This document shows, piece after piece, positions 28,651 through 42,778 of a stretch of 64,000 nucleotides of DNA. The notes beneath the pieces were generated by a model. It was not told the DNA's origin and ran no database searches. It saw only the letters and a list, made by a program, of their open reading frames with translations. Position numbers and translations under genes: made by a program. The stretch lies in NCBI RefSeq assembly GCF_000150275.1, contig NW_002060944.1, forward strand, positions 6,795,102 through 6,859,101. The letters run 5' to 3'. This stretch comes from Trichoplax adhaerens (lineage: Eukaryota; Animalia; Placozoa). Each line of letters begins with the position of its first letter. Within the stretch, counting starts at the first letter, position 1.

Positions 28651-29428
28651 CTCTTGCCTTCCTTTTCATACTCTATTTTTCACTATTGTTATGTTGATGA
28701 TTTAGTATATTGTTCAGATCCTATCATCATTCTATTGAATGGTAGGCAAGTCTATTCTATATAATAATTAATATTCAATTGAATATCGGCTAATCATCAA
28801 CTAGACATAAGCTTTATTGCATGATTTGCCAGACTCATTTTTTACGTCGTCATTGGTCTTATAGCTCATCAAAATTTACCTTGTAAAAGTTTGTTCAGGA
28901 TTTACTGGGGAAAATTAACTGAAAGATTAGACAAAAAACTGCATTAGCTAGTCATCAAGACAATCCACTACGGTAGACTATCGTTAGTAAGGTGGAAAAA
29001 GACAAGTAAGTCATTAATATGGCTATTTAATCCTCTCCATCGTGGTAGTTATTGATATGGGTTGGGTTTTAATAATGTTTTCTAATTCTGTTTGTACAGT
29101 AACTATTCATCATTACTTTTACTGGGACCCATCTCCAATTCTTAATCAACATTCCTATTTCTTTAAATTGATCGATTTGCTCTATTTCCTTTTCAGGAAC
29201 CCAAGTTGCAGTAGGAGAAATTCTCGTCTCAATTCTTCTATCAGATCAAGCTATTAAGAAAGGAAATTGGTAAGGTTTGCCTCCTTTTTACAATTGCTAC
29301 GCTAAAGCTCCAAGTATAGCTCAAGGTTGTCTTCATCTCGCCTATTTACAACTTTCAACGCAAATTTATTTCGATCTAAATAGACGAAAGATCAAGATAG
29401 CTCAAAGAATAAAGGAAAGAAAGCTACC

Positions 29429-32400
29429 ATGTCGAATGTACAGGAATTACAGAAGCAAACCGATTTCATCTATAAGGTATTCTTTATTATTTTCTCCCTT
29501 GACAAATACTTCAAATAAATGCAATCTCTAGAATAATGGTGATAAAATACTTTGCTATTCCTGTCTGGATTTTCTATTCCTACTCCTACGTTCCATAGTT
29601 TATTTTTAGACTAGATAATCATTAGCATGAAACCATTTCTTTTTTTTATCAACGTCAAACTTGTTGCCACTTATTCGTCTATTCTTACTTATAATCTACA
29701 GAATTTCAAAGAGCGATAAAAATGAGAGATTAAAAAAACCAGCTTATAATGATTTCAACGATAAACGGAATGGCCTATCACTAATTAACACTTTCTTATG
29801 ATTAATCCAAGGTAGTTCGTAGGCTGATCTGAGATAGTACTAAAGATGTAAAAGGCACTAGCATAGTCATAGAAAGTGCTATTCTTTCCCTTCTTGTCAC
29901 AAAATATTTTATATTTTATGAAATTCGTTTTTACCAAATCAATTGATCAAATTATACGTTCATTTCTACTAATTCATTTCGATAGTTCATTATGTATTCT
30001 ATTCATATCAGGCTTAAAAATGACATAGATTTCGACCCACTTTTCATCCCGTTATTGCCTTTCCATTTCCTTCTATAGCAATATTATGAAGGCCTAAATA
30101 GATTCAAAAGTCAGTAAAATAAACAGTTCGAAATACAGATGGCTATTTCCTTCTTGCTTTTATGATCAAGATAGAATAAACATATTTTCTATTGAGCTAC
30201 AGTATTTTATACCGACAGCATGAAATGATATCCTTGCATTACCACTTCATCTCGGTCGTGCATTTAACGTACTGGTATCCAATTTAAAAGTACTCACTCA
30301 AAATCAGTTTTAACCAAGGTTTATCCGTCCTTTCCTTTTACAGACAATATAATAGCAGGATAAAGTAGATTCAAAAGTCAATGACAACCTAGAGAGACAA
30401 CTAAACTGGCTACTCTCTCCTCATCGCTACACTTAAATGTCCATTCTTTCGAGCACTCGTACTCTACATCTCTAATATCAAAAAATAGCTTTGCTAATTC
30501 GTTAGGGTAATATCTTGTATCTATTGGGCATCTTATTTGAAATAAAAATATCAATCTTTTAACGAGACTTTATAAAACTTGAGCTATTTCATTCCTTTAA
30601 AACAATAATTTATGATATGAAATGATCCATAAGTACTCGTATGATAGGGAAAAGTATTTTAAATGAATACGAGTAGTACTGGTACTATTTCCCTGACTTA
30701 TTCCTTCAGTGATGATAGGATAGATTTTTTTCCACAGTAATACTTTAAATTTATGTACTTAATGTTATTAATTTCTATCGATAGTGCTCGATATAGATAT
30801 TTTATTTGTTCCATCTACTTTTATAATATCATTTACAAGCAAGTTTTGATCACTTTCGGGCTATATTTTTTCTCTTATGTCAACAATATTATAAATATGG
30901 TCATCTTTACCGAATCACTTTATAATTGTTTTGAAATCATTAACTATTCCAACGGAATGGGTATATTAGATAGAGAGGTCTTTGAAGCGTTCTAGAAGAA
31001 TCTTTTCGATTAAATATTATGTATTACAGCAAATTTAGGTACAGTCAATGTTAAGCGAGCCCCTTACTATCATTTTCTTCCCATGAAAGTGATACTGATG
31101 ATAAAATTTATTATCTTAAACTAAACTACTTGGGAATTACTTCAAAAGTAACATCTTCTCCAACAGAGTGCATGCCGAAATAAGGTAGAATAGTCCTTCT
31201 ATCCACTACCTTAGAAGAATTATTATTGACTTATCTAGTTCCATTTTAGCAAAATTAGAATCTTCCTTATGCTAAGCAAGTCTTTACTATAAAATTCCCT
31301 ATAGGTTAGTGTTTTAAGCAAATTCATGATGGCTCCAATAATTAAGCTACTTCACGATCCCGCTTGAAAGCTACATTTTTTCATTAAAGTGGGTATACCA
31401 GACAGAATAATCAGCTCTTTCCGCCATTATAGCATCACTTTCACTTAACTTAGTTGGTATAATGGTAATTAGAACTTTTGGGAGAGCTATTTGTTAATAT
31501 AAAACCAACTGACTATTCTTTTAATAAGTTTACTTATTAAATTAAATCAATCAACCCACCATCTCAATATAAAATCAACTCATCACCTTGGTACAGAAAA
31601 GGAAAATGTTGATTGTGCAAGTAGATATTTCCATATTTTTCAACTTTCTATGCAATGCTTATCGTAGTCAAATTTACTAATAGAATTTTGACTTTTTTTG
31701 TGATTTTGTTAGGGAGTTGTAGAGGTTTATATTTTATTCCCTTGCTTGTGTAATTATTCAATCGATTTTTTCTTTTCCTACACAAACTTTTATTGTTAAT
31801 GTAAAGTAGAATTTATAATCATTTCATTACTACCAAAAGAATGGAAGGAAGGATTGAGCTAATCATAATTACAAATCATTCTTTTATGCCTGGTTGCCTA
31901 TAAATGAAGATTAAATTTCATTTAAATTATTCAAATTTGGATATTATCCACTCATAGAATAAAGTAGAGGAAGTGAATCATTTCAATTAGGAGGGAGAGA
32001 GACAGGGGTAACTAATTGATTCGAATGCTGTATAGTTCTTATCGAATCCCTATCTAGTCTATCAATTACCTCCATTTAAATACTCTATCCGAATTCGGAA
32101 CTAACGAAATATTTGGAAGAAGCTGAAGAGTTGTAATCATGGTGATAGATTAAACTATGAGAAGGGGCAGAGAGTCAGTAATGTAATCATTCGTTTACGT
32201 TCTATGTTAACCTTTACTTAATCCTACTACTCTGAGACTTCAACCTTCTAGTCTAAATTTTCAAGAAGAATATTAGTATACTATAGGGAAGGAAGTAAAG
32301 GATTAGAGGTACAATCATTCATATATAAACTTCGATTAAATATTATTAAACAACGACTCTCGATTTTAGTTTAAAAAAGATTAAATCAATATTCAGCTTT

Positions 32401-35400
32401 ACTACTCCAAGACCTCCAATTCATTCGTTTAAATTTTAAAGAGGAATAAAAGCATACTATAGTTTCAGTCTAAAAAGGGTACCGTATCGTATGAAGTAAT
32501 TATTCTAGTGAGAGGATAGATAAAGAAATAGCCTCGATAGAGAGTGTGCTAAGGAGAAGAAGAGAAATAGATACTTAAGAATAAAACAGAATCACTCAAT
32601 CATATCCTATTGATCTATATTGATTTATAATGCTTGTGAGACTTGAAAATCGCTCATCTAAATTCTAATAGAGCGAGTATAGTAAGAAGAATTTTTCCAA
32701 ATACAGGGGAGGAGAAATGAGGTTTTAAGACAAGGTCCAATTATATTTCTTTTCTTTCAACCTTTCATGGAATATCATTGAGGTTAAGATTTACAAGGTT
32801 TATCCCACTGATTAAAGTTGCTAATTAACTTTCAATCAATAAGTCTAGGATACTGTCACTAGCCACTTATTAAAGCAGAATAGTTTTAAATTTACGCATA
32901 ACTATTTAGCTTTTATCCTATCAATCGTTGTAATTCGCTCTATGTTGAATCGATGACAGTCTTAATATTAATTTTAATGAGCAATCTACGGCATAGATCT
33001 ACAACTTTTCTTGGATATAAATCAATACCCATTATTTAATTGACCGATTTTTCATGACTAGATAAGAAACGATTACTAAAATTAGGCTAGGAGACTAAAA
33101 TCATAACTTCAATGATTACTGTCGTAATTCCCTTTCGACTTTCCATACATACTAGGATATTTTTTCATATCTTTTCAACAAAAATAGCTATCGACATTCT
33201 TAGAATCTAGCTTCAGCGAGCTATATCTAAATTACGATAGAAAAGCAGTAATAGCCAGCCAAGATTCTAGTTTAAATCTAAATTTAATAACTCTTAACGT
33301 AAGGACAGCTGTCGATATTCGTAAAACTCTACTTTGGATCCAGGTTTAGTGAATTACAATATAATAGCTGGAGTAACAATACTGATATCTATAAAGCTCT
33401 AATTTGAATTAAAGTTTAGTATTTCATTCCTAATATAAAAGCAGCGGTCAATATTCTTAAAACTTTACTTCGGATCAAATTTTAGCTAATTATACTATAT
33501 GTACACTGCAATGGCTAACTAACATCAGTAAAACTCAAATTTGAGTCTAACTGTAGTAAATTATAAGGCAACAGTAACTGATAATATCTAAGATTCTACT
33601 TTGAATCTAACTTTAGTAAATTGCAATTTAAAGCAATAGCGAGTATTTCATGTCCTTAAAATTCTAATTTAAAATTCAGCTATAGCAAATTTTAATATAA
33701 GGATAGCAGTGGATAGTAATGGATATTCCGGGTTTTTACTTTGCATACAATTAGTAGTCAATATCCTTAAATTCTACTAAGTTATATAGTAATAGGAAAA
33801 CAAAACAGCAAGTCGTGAACAGCTTTCTAATTTAGCCCAAACTCAATCATCATAAGTTATACGAATGACATAAGACAATAATTCACTTATGATTGCTATG
33901 TTGTCGACAAGAAAATCTTCCCCTTATTTTTTTCATAATATTCAATTCTTTACCTACAAATGTATAATGATCTTTTGTACTGATCAAGAAATGTCTTGAT
34001 CTATTTCGGATTTAAAATTTCTTAGATACCTATGATATTTATATTTTTTGGGTGAGAGCATATATTGGTCAAAAAATAAGCTCATACTACCACCAGAGCT
34101 TTCTTCGACCATGCGATTGCATTTATAAAACAGCTTTAATTTGGTTCATCAATAATTAACGACGATGATGCCATTTTTTCGTCTTAATTATTTACTAATC
34201 TTGTCTTCCATTATGATTAGAATGTTAATGAGAAAGTCCATCCTGCATTACGTGAACTATTGATCGCTAGCCGTGGATATCAAAAAGCTCAGCAAGGTAA
34301 AATTTAGGTTCTTTCTGACTATGATCTAGTTGGTAATTTTACTTGGTAATTCTACTAGTATTGAACACGGTTTTGACGAATAGTATAATGGTTTGTTAGA
34401 GAGTAGAAATTGACATAAATTGTATCTTTTTTGACGCATTTCGGTCATAATAGATAACCTTAGCTTTTTGTGATAGATTTACTATTTGATTTCATCCTAT
34501 CTACAGAATTAGACAAAGCTCACAACGTTTTTGTTGACTGCTTGGCAAAGATAGAGCGGATGGCAAAAACTTCCAGTGGTCCTTCAAAAGAAATCGGTGA
34601 GTTTACTGATATGAAAATGCTTTAGGTGGCTAATTCTATTCTAGGAAATATATTTTCTTTTCGATTTTTTACTTCGAAATAAGATCAGTTTTACTAATTA
34701 CATCAAAGCTTCCTCTGGAATCATCGATATTCCGCAGCTATTTATAAAATATCAACTCTATTCGTATACCAATTGAGAGTTTATTATTACGTTTCTTATG
34801 TAACTGTATTACAATAGGAGATGCAATTGGAGGGATTGTGGATTATTATAAAGAATCTGAAAAAAGCAAACAGCAACTAGTAAGATATGAAATTCTAGTA
34901 TAGAATAAGTTGTTTCCTCCTTCTAATTGAACGTTAATGTCTATTAAAATTCGCATTTGATACTGATGAAACTATGCAAGATAAATATCGCTGTTGGCGT
35001 CATAAACTATGTACTGTATTAATATATGAATTCGTATAATAATGTACGAGTATGCAGTAGCTAGATCTTAAACTAGTCTTTAATTTGATGATTGGACTAT
35101 ATCATTCCGTAGCATTTAATGATCGAGTTTAGGATTATCTAATAACTAGCTTGCACTATCTTGATTATATAGTCATCTCGCGTAATGTCATATTATATAG
35201 TCAAAGAATGAAGAGAAGCTAGTAGTATGGGGCATTAAGACTTTAGAAAGATTGATCAAATTAATGTTAATATTGGATTATCTTATAATCTAGTCTAAAG
35301 CATTTTATGGAGAATATATACTGCCACTAGAAACAACTTTGGAAGCCCAAATTCACAATATAACGGTAATAGTTTTAGCATTTTCTATATCAGTATTTTC

Positions 35401-38225
35401 ATTTCCATTGTCGGTTTCCTTACGGCGATCTTTAGCATAAGTTTCGCTAATGAAAACTTTGTTTATACTATGCAAAAGTTTGTCAAACTGTAGATGAATA
35501 TGTAAATGAATTAAAGTATTAATCGTATTAAATATATTAATTACTTGATTCTAATCTATCGATAGAAAATTAACAAAGTCTTCTCATCAAACTTTAAAGC
35601 TAAATGCGACGTAAGTATAGTGATAGTATCATATCTATTATTTTATCCAACTTTGTTGTGACTATCGTCATAGACTCATAGTGTCTTACTAGTAGCAGTT
35701 ATCCAAGCAAATATTATGATATTACAAATTATTAGCTTAATGGTGATACATAGATGTATAAAGGACGGATTATAATTATTTTTATTGTAAGATAAAACGA
35801 TTTCATGCTTCTACGTATAAGAGATTATTTTTATTTTAAATAATGATTTAGGGTCTTGATAAAGCACGTGGTGAATTAAAAAAAGTAAAAAGAAAGAGTC
35901 AGGGCAAGAAAGGAATCACCGGGAAATATGAAGAAAAGGTCAATGATTGTGAAGCCGAATACAATAAGAAGCAAAATGAATTAGAAGCTTACACAGTTCT
36001 TGAATTTGAAAGGGTAACAGATGAATTTATTAGCTAGGTTGCACGCCATCAACTGGTTGATTTTTGAGTAAATTAATACAAGTGGTAATGTTCATGATGG
36101 AAAGTACAATCGTTGAGATACAAGACCTCTTAACGCAAGAGGACAATTTATACGATATCATATAGCGTACTATAGATGAAATTAGTACTAATTTAGGTAT
36201 TTTTGGCATTAGGCTTTAAACGAGGAAAGAAAACGATATTGTATGGTTCTTGACTACACTTGTGAGGCATTAAGTAGAGAGTCAACAAATTATGCTAAGG
36301 TAATTCCTATTATCTTTATAATTGCAATCTCCGCAGATATCGTAAGCTTTTTATGCGATTTTAAAGGTTAGAACTCAACCAGTCTTATCTTGTTAGTAAA
36401 AAGCTAGTGTTTGCCATCATTTACTACTTCAATCCATTAGAATAGCTATAATTTAATGTTTTTCTTGATCGATTGAAAATTCACGAATGAGCTGATCTAT
36501 TGGCATTGGTAATCGATGCATGTTATTTACTAATATTTGCACATGAAATCATTTTAGAATCACAACTTTTTGAAAGATCGTATTCCTGCTTGGCGAGCTT
36601 TATTTCGAGATGAAGCTTCCATGGCTCAACAGAAACAATCCATAGATTCTTTAGATAGCAATGACATGTTGCTTAGGGTTAGTAGCTTTGTTTCCTTAGA
36701 AATGTGACATTAGAATTATTTCCTAAATTTCGTTATAGTTTTTAATGTACTTTTTAAATTCTCTCTAGTCACATTCATTAGTGCATGCTCTAACTCAACG
36801 AAAGGAAGTAACTGATTTAGCACAAAAGTAAGAACCCTACTTGGATTATTTTCAATAATTTTTATTACACCAACTATAGATTATTATGATATTGATCTAA
36901 ATACCAGTATTAATACATATTTATCACTATCCTTTGCTTAATCACTTTGTAGTAGCCAAACTCTTGTAGCTCTTTATGATCTAGACGCCGATACCCAGGA
37001 TAAACTTGCATTACATGAAGTAAGTTACAATGTGACCTTTAAAGGCTAATCGAAAAAGAAATTGCGTAACCTTCTGTAAAAACAATTTTTGTTAATATTC
37101 CGTTGGGATTTGGTATTAGCTATTTGATTAATGATCCTACTCAAATATAAGAGATTCCCTTGTTACCTAAGCTACCCCAAATTCGACCAATCATATAATA
37201 ATATAGCCGATAAAAAATAACTTTTACTGCTGGGAGACATTTCTCATTATCTTAGATAATCTAAATTCGATTAATTGTATTTTTACATAGTTTATAAAAT
37301 AACTTATTTACACGTTAGAGAAATTTCTTATTGCTTTAGCTCACTTAAAATCGAACTATTGTACTGTATATGTACATATCTCATAAAATAGTTCTTACAT
37401 ATAAGAAACTTTTCTTATTAACTAACCTAAATTAACTTTAGCGATTAAAAATACTGCTCATTACCTAGCTAGACTGAGTTCTAGTTACTGTTTATGCATA
37501 TACTGTAGCAGGAAAATGGGTTTTACTGGCGTTACCTTGTCATTTTTTTAAGCTATTTAATTGTACAGGTAGAGCGCAAAACAATTCTCTTTCCCATTAA
37601 GATTTTTAAACATTTTTCCTTTTAGGGAGATAATATCAAGACCTTAGGGCAACCAGCAAATGGCTGGCAATATGGTACAAATACTAACACAGGAAGGTAA
37701 TTTAAATCATAACAAGTTCATATTATTTTATTAACATCTAAATTAAGGTTAATAGTATTCATTCTTATATTCTTATTATTTAGCGAGTCATAATCAATTA
37801 CTCCATGTATTATTAAATGCTACTTTTGTTGTTGTAGGTCAGGATGGTTTCCGCTGACTTATACAGGAAGGGAATCTCCGTAAGTATTTCAATCCTAGTA
37901 AAATCTATGGGATACAATCACATCATGATTGTGCATACATATATACTGGCTATACTGCTACTGATATAAATAAAATGGGTATCTGATGAATGCTATTTTT
38001 TACATAACACGGCAATCCTGAACTAGCAGTAACCGAACTAAGCGAGGTGGCAGTCTTGCTGAGGTAGGCCAGACTATTGACTATGCTTCTCATCGAAGGC
38101 AAAGTAGTAGTCGAATTGAGCAAGTAGGGCCGGCAACAATATCTCCCATTGGAACAACTCCATTCCAATACGACATATCTTCGCCATCGACATCACCAGT
38201 CAGTAAACAGTACACAAGGGACTAA
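29429..38225 (+). CDS. BAIAP2: IRSp53/BAIAP2-like I-BAR (IMD) + SH3 protein, ~399 aa, 14 coding exons
   Basis: Exons 29429-29476 (MSNVQELQKQTDFIYK), 34221-34296, 34507-34596, 34818-34879, 35294-35365, 35566-35610, 35852-36013 (LDKARGELKKVKRKSQGKK), 36213-36299 (ALNEERKRYC), 36558-36677, 36769-36827, 36953-37019 (ALYD), 37626-37696 (NGWQYG), 37838-37879 (SGWFPLTYT), 38027-38225. Phases are consistent and the motifs match the IRSp53 IMD and SH3. The last exon is less certain. Confidence 0.9.
33190..33780. repeat. Degenerate ~60-bp tandem array in BAIAP2 intron 1
   Basis: Recurring GATATTC-TAAAACTCTACTTTG-ATCTAA-TTTAGTAAATTA. Confidence 0.7.
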
Positions 38226-39555
38226 TCCATCATCTGCACCAGTAAATAATGCCGCATTTTAGAGTACTAAAGGTCAAGTATGCTACGGTAAGATGAAGTT
38301 ATTGACTTATTGATAAATAATTTTTGTAACCTTAGAAGCTGATATATTTAGCAGATTCTCTAATAATGTATTGATGAAAGTTATATCGTGATAGTAGAAT
38401 AACATATACATCGGCATACATTTGAATGACTTACGTTTGCAAAGTTTTTATTATGGCAAAACTTGCAGTTTAGGATCAAAGCGTGCGCTATGCTTTTCTT
38501 TAAATTGAAGATGAATGTTAAACTTTATTTTAATTTTTTGTTTCCTTCTTGATTTTAGGTCATTTATACCAATTGAAACGTCCAATGTTAGCCATAACAG
38601 AGAAAATTCTACGTAATCTTAGCTATATCATATAACTCTTTCAAACCCTATTTTTTTCTACATTATAGACATTTTTTTGGTTACTAATATTGTTGCATGT
38701 TTTGTCTTGAGAAATAAATTAGAAACGATAATCATTACCAGGTGATACGGATATGTCATCACAAATGACACTCGTATAGTAATGTAATTGAAAAAGTTTG
38801 GTTGATATTGTAACAGTTGAATTGAATTAAATATTTAAGTTGAAAAAAACTTTCATTTTTGTTATTCTAACATATAACTAGCCCAATTACATTCTAGAAT
38901 CAGTGCATTACTGTGATTTTTAATATCTAAATTAACATAGTAGAATACCTATTGACAAAATTGCTTTGTTCTGATAACTGATGGTTACTATTAATTCTAA
39001 TTTTGAGTAGGCAAATTATTTTTAGTTATACTATTGTGTGGCTTTCATGACAGCTACTGTAATTTGCGGAAATGCGTAACAAAATATGGACTTTGCACTT
39101 TTATGACATAATCTACACCAGATAAGAACTCGGAGTTGATAATAGATTCTCTACGCTAGCTGAAAAATTACACAACTAATTACTTGAAATTTTTCGTCTA
39201 CTATCCTATCAATGGCTACCTGAATATACTTAGCGATTCATATTAAGAGAAATTTATGAAAGTATGTTTTGAGTGTTTATTTCCTAAAATTTCTTCAGTA
39301 TGATTTATAGTTTACCCGTTCGGTTTAATATTCTAGCCTTCGAATTCATATTAGCTTGTAAAAAATGTTAGTAATACGCCATTCGAATGGTTCATGCATT
39401 GCAATAAATAAAGCTCAACGACTATTGACATAGCGTCACTGTTCATCTAACTATTTGGTGATTTTTGAAGCTAGTTTATAACAATGATGACATAATAAAT
39501 TTCGATTGATTCACTTTATAAATATTACACATATTACATATGTAATCACAGGAAA

Positions 39556-41711
39556 TTATTTTATCTCTTGATTTCCTAATTCAGATAAATTTATTCGTAG
39601 GTATTCACGTGATAGGTGATCAGCCTAATAAAAAAAATAATTGTTAGCGAATTGAAAGGTTGGACTTTAATAAAAACAAAAAATCAGCTCACTATGATAC
39701 GTAATACATACTTGTCGAATAGGCTCAGGCAATCTGTATTTACAGGAAGCTAATACTATCTTCGTCGCGGTTTTAAGATCTAAGCGATGGCCAACGGATA
39801 CATAAATAGGTCTAGTTGACTGCTCTGAACTTCTTAACGCCTGCAATTATAACACAGAAATGGTTTTATAGAGGTCTAATTATATTGATTTATATATAAG
39901 TATGTGCTGTGAAGGTTGGATTGTATATCTTCACGCCTAGTGGCTTCCGATGATTAATATTGGCATTTCCTATTACTTTAACTTTATCGATAATATAGAC
40001 GGGTTACAGTTAAACTAATAGGCAACGCCTGTTTCACTCATAAATCATTTCACTCACCATGCCTAAAATAACTCCCGAGCGATTGGTCAACGGAAATGAA
40101 TCACCTTTAGTACTGAGTTGTGCAATCTAAGCCAGTACATCATAGTATTTTAGGAGTTATTACATTGAAATACAGTAGATCTACAAACATGATTAGATTG
40201 TATTTTATGTAAAGACCTGATCCATATGTTTACTATCTCGAGCAATCCCGTGGACTTCCAATAAATTTTTAGCTACTCCAATTGTAGGAATATCCGCCAG
40301 TACTCCTAGATGGCATGCTGATCCAAATTCTGTAAATACACAAGTATATATATGTTAGATGTATCAATTGAGAAATTTGGGGTAAATTGTTAATGTGTAT
40401 GATTTCAGCATAGCACCCATACACAGTATAAACTAGATAGTAATTAGTAATAACGTTGAAATTAAATACTTGAAAGTGCAATTATCGTCATTACTAACAG
40501 GTATAAATTGGCAGTCACTAAAGAAATAAAAAAAGTGTCAGTTTATCACTTGAAGATGGTGTTATACCGCTTACCTTGATGATGTAGAATCCCATTACCA
40601 TCTACCAGTATTACCTACAAGATTGGATAGTGAAAGGTTACTAAAGAGTAGATAAAAGTACAGTATAGCAACATTATGTACGGTTTCAATCACATGTAGA
40701 TTTATGGAAGTGAGTGATTGATAACACTATTATGAGAAAGAATTTTTATACTTGGGGTAATAGGGAAGGCTGTTCCTGTCTTAATTTATTTATGCAATAA
40801 CTTAGATGTTCAAATTCACGAAAGGCTAAAAATCCAGGTATATATGGCTGATTTACATGGACAATTCCAGAGTAATTGGAGTAGACCAACTAGGAGCATA
40901 AAGATATGTTAAGGCAGGGCAATTAGAGTCAAGATATATCAAGATAGAGTAATTCGATGTAATCATAATAAGCTGCTGTATAGTAGTACAATAAGTTAAC
41001 ATTAGCCAAGACAGGATATAAAATTATGAGTATCAGTACAGCATCGTCAAATAACTACATTGCAGATATTGATCGTACAAATTGTATTGGCTATTAGTAA
41101 ACTTACTTCCATTTCAGGAAATTTTAGTACAACAAGGGAGGCACACGCATAAAAAGGATTTGACTTAGAGTAGGATTGGTCGATTCCGCCAATATAATGC
41201 AATCCATGTAAAGAGACGTTGTTATCGTTGTTATTAGCAGGTAACCAGCTCACCTGGTTGTTGGTTATTAACGATTTCTTTAATTCATTTTGCTGTCTAT
41301 TTAATAAAATTCAAAGCCAGATTATTGTCTATTCTGCACGTATTATATGATAGCACCGCTTGTGACTGAATGTTACAAAATCCATACGAGTCAATGAATT
41401 AATTAATTACATAATTATTGGAGTAGCAAAATAGTAAATAAACTGTCATGATGGTTGAGTTTATTCAAATGTTGAGAAAGAAAGCACTGTGTACAATATC
41501 AAATATCGATACTATCAGTAGACATTGTTAACAAGAGTGTACTTGTCGCTCGACCAATATTGAATCTTATAGCATCCTTCACCATCATGGATGTATTACT
41601 ATATTGTATTTGGATTGCTCCGACCGGTTATTGATACAGATCTTACCTAATCCAATCTTGCTTAACACTATCATTTGGCTGGCATTGAGTCTTACTTGGA
41701 TCTACAGACAT
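39556..41711 (-). CDS. ENDOV: Endonuclease V (inosine-specific), ~270 aa, 8 exons (possible extra 7-codon first exon at 42431-42451)
   Basis: Exons (minus) 41711-41647, 41296-41107 (YIGGIDQSY), 40889-40752 (PYIPGFLAFRE), 40614-40575 (VILVDGNGILH), 40329-40217 (FGSACHLGVLADIPTIGVAKN), 40126-40058, 39840-39712 (PIYVSVGH...YRLPEPIRQ), 39624-39556 (ADHLSRE). The catalytic acidic residues are present. Confidence 0.95.
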
Positions 41712-42674
41712 GGTCTACAGATGAGCTGCTGGCGGAGTACCTGAGTTATTCGTTGGAGAGCAGATCGGTAATATTGCATGGACAGCATTGAAAGTAGGAT
41801 GGATATACAGTACAGTAAGAAGACTTGCTACCCTAACCAATTGATACTGGTGTTTGCAGGCAAATTTGCAGCTAGGTTTTCGTTTCCATTCCACCACTAA
41901 TATACATAGACAGTAAAAGGTCAAAATGATTCTTGTTTTGAAGCCCTGATGGCTACAGTCCACACGGCGTAAGTAATACTGTACGCGCTGTACTGTACGG
42001 TATGGCATGTTGACTAATTCTGCCCAGTATATGGAAAATATAGTGGGATAGCGTTGATTTTCTCTCGAAATTATTACTGTCTGCCTTCAACTATTCTTGC
42101 ATAAATCATGTGCAAATTACTGTCGACGTAGTTTCTTGATTTGCACACGATTGCACTCTAAAGTACAGCGCAGTTGGGTGAAGACTCGATACCAGAGAGT
42201 TGGATTGGATACCCTGCAGTAGAGAGCTGCAAAAGGACGAAATGGACAGCTTGACTTAGCTGGAAGTTCACATCCCTGGTAGAGACCTTGGAGAAAATGT
42301 TCTCCCAAATTGAAGTAGTCCATGTTGACATGGTTTACAGTCACAATCAGTGCCGAGATTGGGAAGAGGAAATCCCTTGTCCGTTGCTTGTAAAGAGTAC
42401 TCACCGCATAGTGCATAGTGTAGTACATACCAGGATCCTGAATTTAGCCATTTTTGATGGCAGACATCTATCAGCGGGCCCGGCACGGCACGGCAGGGTA
42501 CTGTACAGTGTACAGTGTACAGTACAGTACACTATACTGTACAGTACGGTGTTGGTGGAGAAAACGAATGTCCCAACTGCGGTTCTACAGTACTGTACTG
42601 TACTGTACACTGTAGTGTCTACAGTACTGTACTGTAAATAAATCCCGGTGGCAAAAAGAAAAAGGAAACTTCAA

Positions 42675-42690
42675 ACAATGACGTCATTGT
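42675..42690. promoter_or_regulatory. Perfect 16-bp palindrome containing a full CRE (TGACGTCA)
   Basis: ACAATGACGTCATTGT in the middle of the ENDOV/TMEM130 divergent promoter. Confidence 0.55.
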
Positions 42691-42778
42691 GGACGGGAGT
42701 TGGTGACCCACTACAGTACAGTAAGTGTAGCAGTGACAAGGTGACATTTGGATTGCTCTTTAAAATAATGTTGGAATA

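Noticed and set aside
29477-29485. BAIAP2 intron 1 donor GTATTCTTT as a U12 site
   Set aside because: Mismatch at +5, and the acceptor has a U2-type TACTAAT branch and a pyrimidine tract.
41715-42008. 97-aa ORF in frame with ENDOV (possible readthrough fusion)
   Set aside because: Its TAG is better explained as the ctgtag splice acceptor, and the peptide has no recognisable features.
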